Positions 1 to 16,309 of a stretch of 64,000 nt of DNA are shown here, piece by piece. A model generated the notes under the pieces. The model made no database searches, was not told the origin of the DNA, and saw only the letters and a list, made by a program, of their open reading frames with translations. The stretch's first letter is position 1; each line of letters opens with the position of its first letter. The translations under genes were made by a program, and so were the position numbers. The DNA lies in NCBI GenBank assembly GCA_964016885.1, contig OZ024757.1, forward strand, positions 13,578,001 to 13,642,000. The letters run 5' to 3'. The DNA is from Eledone cirrhosa. Taxonomy: Eukaryota.

Positions 1-434
1 AGGGGGAGAGATGTAGAGATAGAGACAGAGGAGGAGAGTAGGAGGAGAGGGAGTGACTGGAGGGTGAGGTGGGGTGGAGAAAGAAAGTCAAAACCTTGCA
101 GTTATGGGAAGAAAGGAGACAGACTGAGAGAAAAGAGATAAAGATATATATATGTGTGTGTGTGTGTATATATATATAGAGAGAGAGGGAGTCGGCATGT
201 TGCAGTTATGGGTAGCAGAGACAAAAAGAGAGAAAGAGGTATACATAGAGAGGGAGAAAAAGAGAGAGTATGTGTGTGTGTGTGTGTGTGTGTCAGTAAG
301 TTGCAGTTATGGGGAGAAGCAGAACGCAGGGCAAGGAATTTGGTTTGACTTTCTGTAGAAAAGAGGTTGGCACCAGTTTCCCAGGAACTTATTAACAATC
401 AGTCGCTGTTTAGCCCTAGGTCAGCCCTGGGACA

Positions 435-680
435 TCATCATCATCATCATCATCCTCATCATCATCATCATCACCACCATCACCTCCGTTATATGTCCAT
501 TCTTCCACACTAGCATGGGTTAGACGATTATCCTGTTGAGGGCAATGCCAGGTCAGGTGACCATGTCTTGCTCACACAGAACTGATTCTGGCTTGGATTC
601 TACAGCTGGGTGCCCTTCCTAACGCCAACCTCATTTACAGTGAGTATTTGGTGCTCTTTGTTGCAACACCTACATAACCA
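435..680 (-). mobile_element. 3' tail of an RTE-related SINE/LINE with (GAT)n end
   Basis: Reverse complement carries the GGTTGGCGTTAGGAAGGGCA motif and (GAT)n tail also seen at the 3' end of the intact RTE (25270-25437) and at 48330-48597. Confidence 0.75.
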
Positions 681-935
681 CTTTACAGTATGGACTGGGT
701 ACTTTTTATCATGACACCTACACAACCACTCTACAGTGTGGACTGGGAGCTTTTTGTCGTGATACCTATATGGCCACTTTACAGTGTGGACTGGGAGCTT
801 TTTGTCGTGATACCTACATAACCACTTCACAGTGTGGACTGGGTGCTTTTTGTCGTGACACCTACATGACCACTTTACAGTGTGGACTGGGTGCTTTTTG
901 TAGTGACACCTACATGACTACCTCACAGTGTGGGC
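630..935. repeat. 48-bp minisatellite (~6 copies) derived from RTE 3' UTR sequence
   Basis: Unit ccactttacagtgtggactgggagctttttgtcgtgatacctacataa; 16-aa periodicity in ORF 600..830; matches the reverse complement of the gtaggtgtcacgacaaaaa...cagtccac segment of the RTE 3' UTR. Confidence 0.85.
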
Positions 936-1039
936 TAAAAGCTATATTCTCATCTTTTCATGTAGCTTAGACTACATTATCCAGGATTGTACTTTTTTAT
1001 AATCTTTCAGCAGAAAGTCTGCACAATGCACTCTGTGCA

Positions 1040-1750
1040 CTGTGCATGGGCGTTGTGTTACACTGAAGCAGGCGAGGAAGTTCAAGTATCTTGGTACTAT
1101 TTTCACGAGTAACTGAAAACAGGAAGCTTAATTAGATGCAAGAATTGCAGAAACTGGGGCAGTAATGTGCTAACTTCATCACTCAGTCATCAGAAGAAAG
1201 GAGGTAGATGTAAAAGCCAAACTCATTCTCTCCAATTCAATGTTTGTGCTTACTCTTACCTATGGTCATGAATTTTGGGGAATGAGTGAAAGTATACAAT
1301 CGCGAATAAAGCAGCTGAAATGGGGTTTCTCCAAAGGATCTTTCGAATAATGTTACTTAATGGGCTGCATAGCTTGGAGATGAGGGAGTTCTTCCAAGTA
1401 GAACTGCTACATCTCTGAATTGAGAGATCACAGATCTGATAGTATGGACATGTGGTTAGAATGTCTAGGGAAAGAATTGCTGGACATATATCCTGGGAAA
1501 GGAAACCCACAGGCAGAGCACAAGCAAGATGGCTGGATAACATCCATGAGTTCAGTTGGTCTCTGGCATTTTTATGAGCAAAACCAACCAGCAGGCGATC
1601 CAGAGTAGACCTTGAGCAAGATGGTTGGATAACATCCATGAACTTGGCTGGTCAAACCTGGTGATCCAACCGGATCAATTGGGGACAGTTGCTTCTGACA
1701 GGACCCTCTGGAAGATTTGTCTGAGGACTCTGGGCCCTTCCAGGAATAAA
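1040..1750 (+). mobile_element. Decayed 3' part of a second RTE-clade LINE (Rex3/Expander-like)
   Basis: Hand translation with stops/frameshifts: KFKYLGTIFTS...LDARI...KAKL...LTYGHEFW...AAEMGFLQRI, typical of the RTE post-RT region. Confidence 0.75.
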
Positions 1751-1816
1751 TAGGCAAAGTAAAAGGGGAAGAAGGGTGTAATTCAATGTAAGTCTGTGAT
1801 CATGAAGGACACATGA

Positions 1817-2495
1817 ACCTAGATAACCCATATTTATAAATATGATGGGATGGGCATGATGGGAACGTCTTTGATCATATATGCCTGGGATCACAACTTG
1901 ATCACAACTGGCCTGGGGAGCTAAATAACAGCATCAGCATCAGCATCACCATCACCATCACCATCACCATCATCACCATCATCAGCAGCAGCAGCACAAT
2001 GTACATACCTAGATAACCCATATTTATAAATATGATGGGATGGGCATGATGGGAACGTCTTTGATCATATATGCCTGGGATCACAACTTGATCACAACTG
2101 GCCTGGGGAGCTAAATAACAGCATCAGCATCACCATCACCATCACCATCATCACCATCATCAGCAGCAGCAGCACAATGTACATACCTAGATAACCCATA
2201 TTTATAAATATGATGGGATGGGCATGATGGGAACGTCTTTGATCATATATGCCTGGGATCACAACTTGATCACAACTGGCCTGGGGAGCTAAATAACAGC
2301 ATCAGCATCACCATCACCATCACCATCACCATCACCATCATCACCATCATCAGCAGCAGCAGCACAATGTACATACCTAGATAACCCATATTTATAAATA
2401 TGATGGGATGGGCATGATGGGAACGTCTTTGATCATATATGCCTGGGATCACAACTTGATCACAACTGGCCTGGGGAGCTAAATAACAGCATCAC
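1817..2495. repeat. Tandem repeat, 178-190 bp unit, 4 copies of the unique core
   Basis: agataacccatatttataaatatgatggg recurs at 1821, 2011, 2189, 2379; length variation lies in an internal CAT/CAC tract. Confidence 0.95.
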
Positions 2496-2846
2496 CATCA
2501 CCATCACCATCACCATCATCACCATCAACAGCATCACCATCACTAACACCATCACCATCATCATCACCATCACAATCACAATCAATTACAACAGCAACAC
2601 AGAGAGAAGGAGGAAGAGTATGAGGAGGTGATTGCCACCCATCATCACCATTAACAGTAAGAGGGTGACAGGAGACAACAGCCACCACCACCACCACTGC
2701 CATCATCACCATCACTATATACAACAACATCAACAGTAGGAGGAGGAATGGTGAGAGGAGAGCAACACATCACATCCTCTCTGAGAAGTTATGGGATGGT
2801 TACAGATGGCAGGAATGAGGTTGAAACTTGATATAACAGATATCTG

Positions 2847-3710
2847 GTGGTGGTGGTGGTGGTGGTGACAGTGGTGTTGATGGTGATGGTGGTGGTAGTG
2901 ATGTTGGTGGTAGTGGTGGTGGTGGTAGTGGTGGTGGTGGTGACAGTGGTGTTGGTGGTGTTGGTGATGGTGGTAGTGATGGTGGTAGTGATGGTGGTGG
3001 TGGTGTTGGTGGTGGTGACAGTGATGGTGGTAGTGATGGTGGTGGTGTTGGTGGTGGTGGTGGTGTTGGTGGTGGTGGTGTTGGTAGTGTTGGTGTTGGT
3101 GGTGGTGGTGGTGGTGGTGGTGGTGACAGTGGTGTTGGTAGTGATGGTGATGGTGGTGGTGGTGGTGGTGTTGGTAGTGTTGGTGTTGGTGGTGGTGGTG
3201 TTGGTAGTGTTGGTGTTGGTGGTGGTGGTGGTGGTGGTGGTGGTGGTGGTGGTGGTGGTGACAGTGGTGTTGGTGGTGGTGGTGTTGGTGGTGGTGTTGG
3301 TGGTGACAGTGGTGTTGGTAGTGATGGTGGTGTTGGTGGTGGTGGTGGTGGTGGTGACAGTGGTGTTGGTGGTGGTGGTGTTGGTGGTGGTGGTGGTGGT
3401 GACAGTGGTGTTGGTAGTGATGGTGATGGTGGTGGTGGTGGTGGTAGTGGTGGTGGTGGTGACAGTGGTGTTGGTAGTGATGGTGGTGGTGATGGTGGTA
3501 GTGATGGTGATGGTGGTAGTGATGGTGGTAGTGATGGTGGTAGTGATGGTGGTGGTGATGGTAGTGGTGGTAGTGGTGGTGGTAGTGGTGGTGGTAGTGG
3601 TGGTGGTGGTGGTGGTGATGGTGGTGATGATGATGATGATGGTGGTGGTGGTAGTGGTGGTGGTAGTAGTGGTGGTGGTGATGGTAGTTATGATGGTGGT
3701 GGTGGTAATG
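2847..3710. repeat. (GGT)n-based degenerate trinucleotide array
   Basis: GGT/GAT/GTT/AGT triplets with recurring gtgacagtgg variant. Confidence 0.95.
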
Positions 3711-3818
3711 ATAGAGAGCTTATCTCCCTTTCTTGCATGCCACCATTACTGGGTGACATTCACATACAGACAGACAGACTATCTCCACCACCACCACCAC
3801 CTCTACTATCCAATATCC

Positions 3819-3851
<33 letters not shown>

Positions 3852-4092
3852 TCATCAGCACCACTGCTTCTGCAGCTGTAGATAAAATGGAGCAATGCAG
3901 GGTGGGTAAGAGAGAGAGAGAAAGAGGGGGGGGCAAACTACAAGTACTGCCACCAGATGTCACCAGTGTAGGGATGATGGCAGGGCCCTCCCCCACCCCG
4001 CCCCCTTACCTACTGTCATCTGGGGGTGTGGAGAGGAATGGGAAGGGCAGGAAATAGATCAGTAATGTCACATGGCATCAGTGTTAATAGAG

Positions 4093-4850
4093 ATGACGAT
4101 GATGATAGTGGTGGTGGTGGTGGTGATGATGTTGATGGTGGTGATGATGGTGATGGTGTTGATGGTGGTGGTGGTGGTGGTGGTGGTGGTGGTGGTGGTG
4201 GTGGTGGTGATGATGATGTTGATGGTGTTGTTGATGGTGGTGATGATGGTGATCGTGTTGATGGTGGTGGTGGTGGTGATGTTGGTGGTGTTGTTGATGG
4301 TGATGGTGTTGATGGTGTTGGTGGTAGTGGTAGTGGTGATGATGGTGGTGGTGATGATGTTGATGGTGGTGGTGGTGATGTTGATGGTGGTGGTGATGTT
4401 GATGGTGGTGATGGTGGTGGTGGTGGTGGTGGTGGTGGTGATGATGGTGATGTTGATGTTGGTGATGATGGTGATGTTGATGATGGTGATGATGGTGATG
4501 TTGATGATGGTGATGATGATGTTGATGGTGATGTTGATGGTGATGGTGATGATGATGATGATGATGGTGATGTTGATGGTGATTGTGGTGGTGATGGTGA
4601 TGGCGGTGGTAATGGTGGTGGTGGTGGTGGTGATGATGGTGGTGGTGGTGGTGATGGTGATGGTGTTGATGGTGATGATGATGATGATGATGATGATGAT
4701 GGTGATGTTGATGGTGATTGTGATGGCGGTGGTGATGATGGTGGTGGTGGTGGTGGTGGTGGTGGTGGTGATGATGGTGGTGGTGTTGATGGTGGTGATG
4801 ATGGTGATGGTGATGGTGGTGATGATAATAGTGATGGTGATGTTGATGAT
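4093..4850. repeat. (GGT/GAT)n degenerate trinucleotide array
   Basis: Direct reading. Confidence 0.95.
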
Positions 4851-4902
4851 ACAATGACAATGATGATGAAGCAACAGCTAAAGTGTTGGGGAAATGACAC
4901 TT

Positions 4903-5720
4903 GAGTGTGTGTATGCACATGTAAATCTGTGTGTGTGTGTATGTCTGGGTGTGTGTGCATATGTGTCTGTGAGTGTGTGTGTACGTATATAAGTATATGT
5001 GTATATGAGTGTGTATGTATATCTACGTGTGTGAGTGTGTGTATGTAAGTGCATGCGTGTGAGTGTATGTATGTCTATGTGTGTGAGTGTGTGTATATAT
5101 ATACCCTACCCATGTGTGTGAGTGTGTGTGTATATCCATGTGTGTGAATGAGTGTATATATATATCCATGTGTGTGAGTGTGTGTGTATATCCATGTGTG
5201 TGAATGAGTGTATATATATATCCATGTGTGTGAGTGTGTGTATATCTATGTGTGTGAGTGTGTATAAGTATATCCGTGTGTGTGTGTATATCCATGTGTG
5301 TGAATGAGTGTATATATATATCCATGTGTGTGAGTGTGTGTATATCCATGTGTGTAAGTGTGTATAAGTATATCCGTGTGTGTATGTATATCCATGTGTG
5401 TGAGTGTGTGTATATCCATGTGTGTGAGTGTGTATAAGTATATCCGTGTGTGTATGTATATCCATGTGTGTGAGTGTGTGTATATCCATGTGTGTGAGTG
5501 TGTATAAGTATATCCGTGTGTGTATGTATATCCATGTGTGAGTGTGTATGTCTGTGTGTGTGAGTGTCTGTATGTAGGTTGATGTGTATGATTGACTATG
5601 TATATCCATGTGTGATTGTGGGTGTGTGTGTGTAAGTGATTGAGAGTGTACGTATGCCTGTGTGTGTGTGCGAGTGTGTGTGTAAGTGTATATATATGTC
5701 CATATGTGTGAGTGTGTATG
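4903..5720. repeat. (TG/TA)n tract with atatccatgtgtgtgagtgt minisatellite
   Basis: atatccatgtgtg motif repeated more than 10 times between 5110 and 5540. Confidence 0.9.
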
Positions 5721-5752
5721 TTTGTCTATGTAAGATGTTATGGTCAAGGATC

Positions 5753-6536
5753 CACCATCACCATCACAAACACCACCACCACAACCACAACCACCATCAC
5801 AACCACTAACATCACACACCACCACCACCACCACCACCGCCATCACAAATACCACCACCACCACCACCACAAACACCACCATAACCACAACCACTAACAT
5901 CACACACCACCACCACCACCACTGCCATCACAAATACCACCACCACCACAACCACTAACAACACACACCACCACCACCACCACCACAAATACCACCACCA
6001 CCACCACAACCACTAACATCACACACCACCACCACCACCACAACCACCACTAACATCACACACCACCACCTCTAACACCACCACCACCACAACCACTAAC
6101 ATCACACACCACCACCACCACCACCACCACAACCACTAACATCACACACCACTACCACCACCGCCATCACAAATACCACCACCACCACAACCACTAACAT
6201 CACACACCACCACCATCACCACCACCACCACCACCACCACTAACATCACACACCACCACCATCACCACCACCGTCACCACCACCACCACCACAACCACTA
6301 ACATCACACACCACCACCATCACCACCACCGTCACCACCACCACCACCTCTAACACCACCACCACCACCACCACAACCACTAACATCACACACCACCACC
6401 ATCACCACCACCGTCACCACCACCACCTCTAACACCACCACCACCACCACAACCACTAACATCACACACCACCACCATCACCACCACCGTCACCACCACC
6501 ACCACCTCTAACACCACCACCACCACCACTACCTCT
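5753..6536. repeat. (CAC)n-derived minisatellite
   Basis: Recurring accactaacatcacacacc motif separated by variable CAC runs. Confidence 0.95.
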
Positions 6537-6796
6537 AATGCCAGTGTAGTTAAATACACTGGGAAAACAAAACAAAAATCATACAATGTTTTTGTTGTGG
6601 TGCCGGTTGCGGTGGTGGGTATGTTGGTGATAGGGGTGGTGATATGGGGGATATGTGGTGGCGGGGAGTGGGGGTGATAGTGGTGGTGGAGGCGGCGTTA
6701 GAGGTGGGTGTGGCAGTGATTGTACTGGATGGGTGGGGACAGCAAGGGAGCTACTAGGAGGTGTGCAAGAACGTTCCTCAAGATTTAAATTTCTTA

Positions 6797-6828
6797 TACA
6801 TATATATGTATACATATATATGTATACA

Positions 6829-6908
<80 letters not shown>

Positions 6909-6916
6909 CATATGTG

Positions 6917-6950
<34 letters not shown>

Positions 6951-7038
6951 ATTATATATATATATATATATATACATACATACATATATATATATGATTA
7001 TATATATATATATATACATACATATATATATATATGAT

Positions 7039-7072
<34 letters not shown>

Positions 7073-7074
7073 TG

Positions 7075-7145
<71 letters not shown>

Positions 7146-7173
7146 GTGATTATATATATATATATATATATAT

Positions 7174-7210
<37 letters not shown>

Positions 7211-7243
7211 CATACATATATATATATATAGAGAGAGAGAGAG
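6797..7243. repeat. (AT)n microsatellite ending in (AG)n
   Basis: Direct reading. Confidence 0.95.
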
Positions 7244-7469
7244 ATTTTACTTTAGTTACTGTTTATTTACAGAACAGTAACATTAAATTGAGTCTATCTC
7301 TGTCTCTCTGTCTGTCTGTCTGTATGTCCCTGAGTCTGTGACACCCTGCTGGGTCCACCTCCACCCGTCCACCCATCTCGCATTCCTACCCCACCCAGTT
7401 TTGTAAAGAATCTGGTCCCTGTCTGTGAGAACTGTTCTAGACAAAAAATGTAACATTCTTACTGATTAC

Positions 7470-7500
<31 letters not shown>

Positions 7501-7544
7501 TTATTGTTGTTGATATTGGTGTTGTTGTTGTTGTTTACCATTGA

Positions 7545-8322
7545 CATCACCACCATCATCTTGATCACCATGGCCATCACCATCACCATCATCACCATCA
7601 TCACCACTGCCATCATCACCATCATCACCACTGCCATCATCACCACTGCCATCATCACCATCATCACCACTGCCATCATCACCATCATCACCACTGCCAT
7701 CATCACCATCATCACCACTGCCATCATCACCAACATCACCACTGCCATCATCACCATCATCACCACTGCCATCATCATCACCACTGCCATCATCATCACC
7801 ACTGCCATCATCACCAACATCACCACTGCCATCATCACCATCATCACCACTACCATCATCATCACCACTGCCATCATCACCATCATCACCACTGCCATCA
7901 TCACCATCATCACCACTGCCATCATCACCATCATCACCACTGCCATCATCACCATCATCACCACTGCCATCATCACCAACATCACCACTGCCATCATCAC
8001 CATCATCACCACTGCCATCATCATCATCATCACCACTGCCATCATCATCACCACTGCCATCATCACCAACATCACCACTGCCATCATCACCATCATCACC
8101 ACTACCATCATCATCACCACTGCCATCATCACCATCATCACCACTGCCATCATCACCATCATCACCACTGCCATCATCACCATCATCACCACTGCCATCA
8201 TCACCATCATCACCACTGCCATCATCACCAACATCACCACTGCCATCATCACCATCATCACCACTACCATCATCATCACCACTGCCATCATCACCATCAT
8301 CACCACTGCCATCATCACCATC
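7545..8322. repeat. ~21-bp (CAT/CAC)-derived minisatellite
   Basis: Unit accactgccatcatcaccatc repeated ~35 times. Confidence 0.95.
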
Positions 8323-8351
8323 AATCCATTATCACTGTTATCATCATGGCC

Positions 8352-8520
8352 AGTGGATTGGCAGTATCGGTAGAGGGTCGGACGCCATGCTTTGACGCAT
8401 AGAGTTACGGCCCTTGCCATTCTGAGTTTAATTCCCGCCGAGGTTAACTTTGCCTTTCATCCTTATGGGGTCGATAAAATAAAGTACCAGTAATACACTG
8501 GGTGCCAAAAGTAGAAACAA
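8352..8520 (+). mobile_element. tRNA-derived SINE (family A)
   Basis: gtggattggcagtatcggtagag head, B-box-like gagtttaattccc, conserved core gaggttaactttgcctttcatcc...ggggtcgataaaataaagtacc; many copies in the window. Confidence 0.8.
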
Positions 8521-8699
8521 TTATCACTGTTATCATCATCATCATCATCATCAACTCCGCCATTATTATCACCAGTCATCGTCATGATCATAATTATCAA
8601 TCACCAGCATCATCATCCCCACCACCAACAACATAACAACTACCGTCATCATCATCATCATCAACATCATCATTATCATCGTCCCTACTGCTGTCATCA

Positions 8700-9600
8700 T
8701 CGTCATAATCACCCCCATCACCACCACCACCACCACTGTCCCCACCATCACCATCATAATCACCACCACTGTCCCCACCACCACCATCATCATCATATCT
8801 ACCATCATAATCACCACCACTGTCCCCACCACCACCATCATCATCATATCTACCATCATAATCACCACCACTGACCCCACCACCACCATCATCATCATAT
8901 CTACCATCATAATCACCACCACCATCATAATCACCACCACTGACCCCACCACCACCATCACCATCATATCTACCATCATAATCACCACCACTGACCCCAC
9001 CACCACCATCAACATCATATCTACCATCATAATCACCACCACTGTCCCCACCACCACCACCATCATCATATCTGCCATCATAATCACCACCACTGTCCCC
9101 ACCACCACCACCATCATCATATCTGCCATCATAATCACCACCACTGTCCCCCACCACCACCATCACCATCATAATCACCACCACTGTCCCCACCACCACC
9201 ATCATCATCATATCTACCATCATAATCACCACCACTGTCCCCACCACCACCATCACCATCATATCTACCATCATAATCACCACCACTGACCCCACCACCA
9301 CCATCAACATCATATCTACCATCATAATCACCACCACCATCAACCATCATAATCACCACCACTGTCCCCACCACCACCATCATCATCATATCTACCATCA
9401 TAATCACCACCACTGTCCCCACCACCACCATCAACCATCATAATCACCACCACTGTCCCCACCACCACCATCATCATCATATCTACCATCATAATCACCA
9501 CCACTGTCACCATCACCATCATATCTACCATCATAATCACCACCACTGTCCCCATCAACATCAACACCACAACCACAACCACCGTCATCATCATCATCAA
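8700..9600. repeat. ~57-60 bp (CAC/CAT)-derived minisatellite
   Basis: Unit with catatctaccatcataatcaccaccactgtccccacc. Confidence 0.95.
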
Positions 9601-9789
9601 CATCATAGACACAAAAAAAGAAGAAAAAAGTCTTTCTATAAGGACAACTAAATGCGTACATAAACAAATATACACATGTCTTACAAGTGAGACATGTCAA
9701 ATGACTTTACAATGTAAGTTGTACAAGGTTACAGAAATATGATCACCTTAACCGTCTTACTAATTAAGTAAAGATATACTATTAGCAGG

Positions 9790-9930
9790 AAGGCATGCGA
9801 CGTAGTGGTTACACAGCTCAGTTGACAACCACAAGGCCATAAGTTTGATTGTTGGTCGTACATTGTATCCTTGTGCAAAACACTTTATTTCATGTTTCTT
9901 CAGTCCACACACAGCTGACAAAAATGAGTT
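9790..9930 (+). mobile_element. Degenerate tRNA-derived SINE (family B-like)
   Basis: ggcatgcgacgtagtggtta head and ccttgtgcaaaacactttatttca...cagctg core resemble 51800-51940. Confidence 0.55.
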
Positions 9931-10139
9931 GTGGATGTTAATTCACACACATGTTGAGCTCAATTTCTCTTCATGAACTACGTTAGAGGTTCATATTGTA
10001 TGTAGAATGCTCAGTCACTTGCATGTTAATTTACTGAGCATCAAACAACTGGAAAACTTTTCTGTGCAATAATTTCCCAAGCAGGCTGTCCCATTGCTCA
10101 AACAACTGAAAAACTAGTCTTCTTCTTTGTCTACTTATT

Positions 10140-11183
10140 CCTGAGAGGGTCATGGGGGATGGGAGAAGGGGGGACAGAGTCCTCAATCACTCCTTCGAGC
10201 AGGTCCTGTCAGGAGCAAACAGCTCCAGCTAATCCAGCTGGATCCACAAGCAAGACCAGCTAGGTTCATGGATCTTATCCAATCATCTTGCTCAGGGTCT
10301 ACTCCTGGATCTCCTCCTGGTTGGTTTTGCTCGAAAAATCTGTCCAGCGATTCTTACCTGAAACATTCTAACCATATGCCCATAGTATCAGAACTGTGGT
10401 CGATCAATTCAAAGAAATAGCGGCTCTACCTGGAGTGACTCTCTGATCTCCAAGCTATAAATCTGTCCAGCGATTCTTTCCTGAGACATTCTAATCATAT
10501 GCCCATAGTATCAGAACTGTGATCGATCAATTCAAAGAAATAGCGGCTCTACCTGGAGTGACTCTCTGATCTCCAAGCTATAAATCTGTCCAGCGATTCT
10601 TTCCTGAGACATTCTAATCACATATCTTATAGTATCAGAGCTGTGATGTCTCAATTCGAAGAAATAGCGGCTCTACCTGGAGTGACTCTCTGATCTCCAA
10701 GCTATAAATCTGTCCAGCGATTCTTTCCTGAGACATTCTAACCACATGTCCATAGTATCAGAGCTGTGATGTCTCAATTCGAAGAAATAGCGGCTCTACC
10801 TGGAGTGACTCTCTGATCTCCAAGCTATAAATCTGTCCAGCGATTCTTTCCTGAGACATTCTAACCACATGTCCATAGTATCAGAGCTGTGATGTCTCAA
10901 TTCGAAGAAATAGCAGCTCTACCTGGAGTGACTCTCTGATCTCCAAGCTATAAATCTGTCCAGCGATTCTTTCCTGAGACATTCTAATCACATGTCTTAT
11001 AGTATCAGAGCTGTGATGTCTCAATTCGAAGAAATAGCGGCTCTACCTGGAGTGACTCTCTGATCTCCAAGCTATAAATCTGTCCAGTTATTCTTTCCTG
11101 AGACATTCTAACCACATGTCCATAGTATCAGAGCTGTGATGTCTCAATTCGGAGAAATAGCGGCTCTACTTGAGGTGACTCTC
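10140..11183 (-). mobile_element. RTE (Rex3/Expander-like) 3' remnant ending in a 123/124-bp tandem array (~7 copies, 10336-11183)
   Basis: Reverse complement matches 1370-1740; gtgactctctgatctccaagctataaatctgtccag recurs every 123-124 bp. Confidence 0.85.
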
Positions 11184-11811
11184 AAAAATGAGTTGTACAT
11201 GTAATTCACACACCATATTGAGCTCAATCTTTTTGTGAACTAGTTAGAGTTCACCATCATCAGCAACACCATCCCCACCACTACTACCACCAACACCATC
11301 ATTATGAACAGTATCAATACCACCACAAAATCATCACCAACAACATCAACACCACAACCACTACCATCATCATCATCACAAACATCAACACCATAACCAA
11401 CACCATCATCATCATCAGCATTAGCATTACCACCGCCACCACTACTACCATTAACACCACCACCACCACCAGCATCATAATCACAATCATCAACACCGCA
11501 ACCACCACCTCCACCACCATCACCATCATTAGCATTCCCAACATCAACACAAACATCAGCAGCACCAATTGATACCACCATCATCATCATCATCATAATC
11601 ACCAACATCAACTACACATCCATCATTATCAACAACAATGCTAATGGTGTTGAGGATGGTGGTGGTAATAGTAATGATGGTGGTGGTGGTGGTGGTAGCG
11701 GCAGTGATGACAATGTTGATGGTTGTGGTGATGGTGGAAGAGACAAGGACCCAATTTCAAAATATCAAATGGTTTCCCACAGGAGGGTGGAAGTAGTCTC
11801 TCACACACACA

Positions 11812-14075
<2,264 letters not shown>

Positions 14076-14502
14076 ACAGTTTCGACCCTGTTTAGATGAG
14101 AAGATGCATAAATAGAAGGGGAGGCACAATGTGTGTGTATATATATAACAGTGAGAGGGGGGGGGGGCGTAGTACGCAGAGGTAGAGGGGGGATCTAGGG
14201 TGAGATACAACAACAACCACTAAAAACATTATTTTGTAAACACAACAGAACATTCTAAACTTCAAAATATCTTTAGTATAGTGACTAATAAATGCACATA
14301 CACGTGTGTATATATACATACACATGTGTATATATACATACACGTGTGTGTATACACACACACACACACATACTCATGTAATATATATGTTATATTATAC
14401 ATACACACATATCACACACATATCATGTGCATATATGTTTATATATCCACATGCATTGAGCACTCCCATGATTTGTGGTCTCTTCAGTCTCAGCACTGCA
14501 GA

Positions 14503-14536
<34 letters not shown>

Positions 14537-15501
14537 TTATATTTATACTCGGATTTCTTTCCTAGAGTGCTTAAAATTTATTTGTGACTAATCCCCGTCT
14601 TTTTTTTTAAAAAAACGTGATAAAATTGCTTTTGCTGAACTCCTTATATTGTAGAGTTTTTTTTCGGAATGTTTTTGACTGTTGTTTCATGTAAACAGAC
14701 ATTCGTCTCATTCTGACGTCACCAGCTCTGTCTCTACATGTGCGTTTTTTTTCATAATTATGCATGATGTTGAACTAGCCTGCTTTTAAATTCCCTTTTT
14801 GGCATATTATAAACTTTGGAACTTTGGTTATCGTGTCTTTGAGCTCTGCTGATGATCGATTCCAACCGTGACCATCCCCACTGAAAGTTTCGTGAAATAG
14901 TCTTTAAGACTATACAGAGCATTTGTAGATTTTCCAAACTTTATTTTATTCTGGGTTAAGGCTCTATTGATTTTTCCCTGGATTTCACCAAATTCTGTGG
15001 ATGAATCTATATCCTGATTCTTTTTCAATTGAGTTTGAATTATTTTCCCACATCTTACGTGAACTATTTTTCCATTTTGATGCTATAGTCACTTATATAC
15101 TGTTGGCTTCTTGCTACAATAATTTCTATACTTTTCATTTATATATATATTTATATATATATAGTAATAATAATTACGAAGACCAAAATGTATGTATGTA
15201 TATATATATATATATATATATATACTTTGGGAGGGTCATGATGCTAATAAAAACACATGCACCTGTTTGTTTTCACTTCAATGTATTACAAATTATATGT
15301 GTGTGTATATATATTTAATATATATGTGTACGTATATCATATGATTTACTGGAGCAGATGAGTGATTTTTAAATTTGAAAATGTGAGAATTTGAAAATGT
15401 GAGAATTTGAAAATAACAATAACAACAGTTGATCACTGTAAATAATAGTTTTAGAAAATCGGGTAAAATGAAATACAATTAAAGACAAGATAAAGTAACC
15501 A

Positions 15502-15594
<93 letters not shown>

Positions 15595-15608
15595 GAGAGG
15601 AGAGAGAG

Positions 15609-15952
15609 GGTGAAGTTGGAAATAGCACGGAAAATATATTTAAGGGTCAGTTTTTTTTCTTTTTTTATCCTTTCTTTGATTCATCAAAGTGACATTATTG
15701 AAAAGATAACATTATTGAAAAAATGAGAGGGACAATTCTTTTTAAAAAAAAGTTTTATAATGTATATAAAGTATTACCGGTTCCAATGTAATACTTTATA
15801 TACATTATAAAACTTTTTTTAAAAAGAATTGTCCCTCTCATTTTTTCAATAATGTCATCTCTTCAATAATGTTACTTTGATGAATCAAAGAAAGGATAAA
15901 AAAAGAAAAACTGACCCTTAAATATATTTTCCGTGCTATTTCCAACTTCACC
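15609..15952. repeat. Near-perfect palindrome, ~165-170 bp arms, 10-bp spacer
   Basis: ggtgaagttggaaatagcacgg...gtattac (15609-15777) is the reverse complement of gtaatac...ccgtgctatttccaacttcacc (15788-15952). Confidence 0.95.
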
Positions 15953-16016
15953 TTTTCTTTATATCCAGTTTTGCGTAGAATCTTACTTCCCTTTTCTAAT
16001 ATATAGATATATATAT

Positions 16017-16285
16017 ATCATCATCATCATCATCATTTTACGTCTGCTTTTCCCTGCTTGCAAGGGTGGGACGGGAACTGATTCTGGCGTGAGCTGGGTG
16101 CTTTTTTGCCGTGGAATGATATGGACCCCAGTCCCTATCATCTCATTTCTACAGCTGAGTAAACTGGAGCAATGTGAAATAAAGTGTCTTGCTCAAGGAA
16201 ACAACACATCCCCCAGCCTGAGGATTGAACTCACAACCTTTCGATTGCAAGGCCAATGCTCTAACCACTAAGCCATGTGCCTCCA
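16017..16285 (-). mobile_element. tRNA-derived SINE (family B) with RTE-type 3' tail, internally deleted
   Basis: Reverse complement of 51800-52135 lacking part of the tail; head ggaggcacatggcttagtggttagagc, (GAT)n end. Confidence 0.85.
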
Positions 16286-16309
16286 TACATATATATATAT
16301 ATATATGTA

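Noticed and set aside
2847-9700. Poly-V, poly-H, poly-T, G/D-rich ORFs (also 27185-28326, 31124-32351, 44406-46235, 61973-63210)
   Set aside because: Translations of triplet-phase repeats, open in several frames and on both strands; no domain or splice support
14840-14900. CTGATGA...GAAA hammerhead candidate
   Set aside because: No stem II or stem I pairing
14828-15130. Short minus-strand ORF in unique sequence
   Set aside because: No recognisable motif or convincing splice sites; left unassigned
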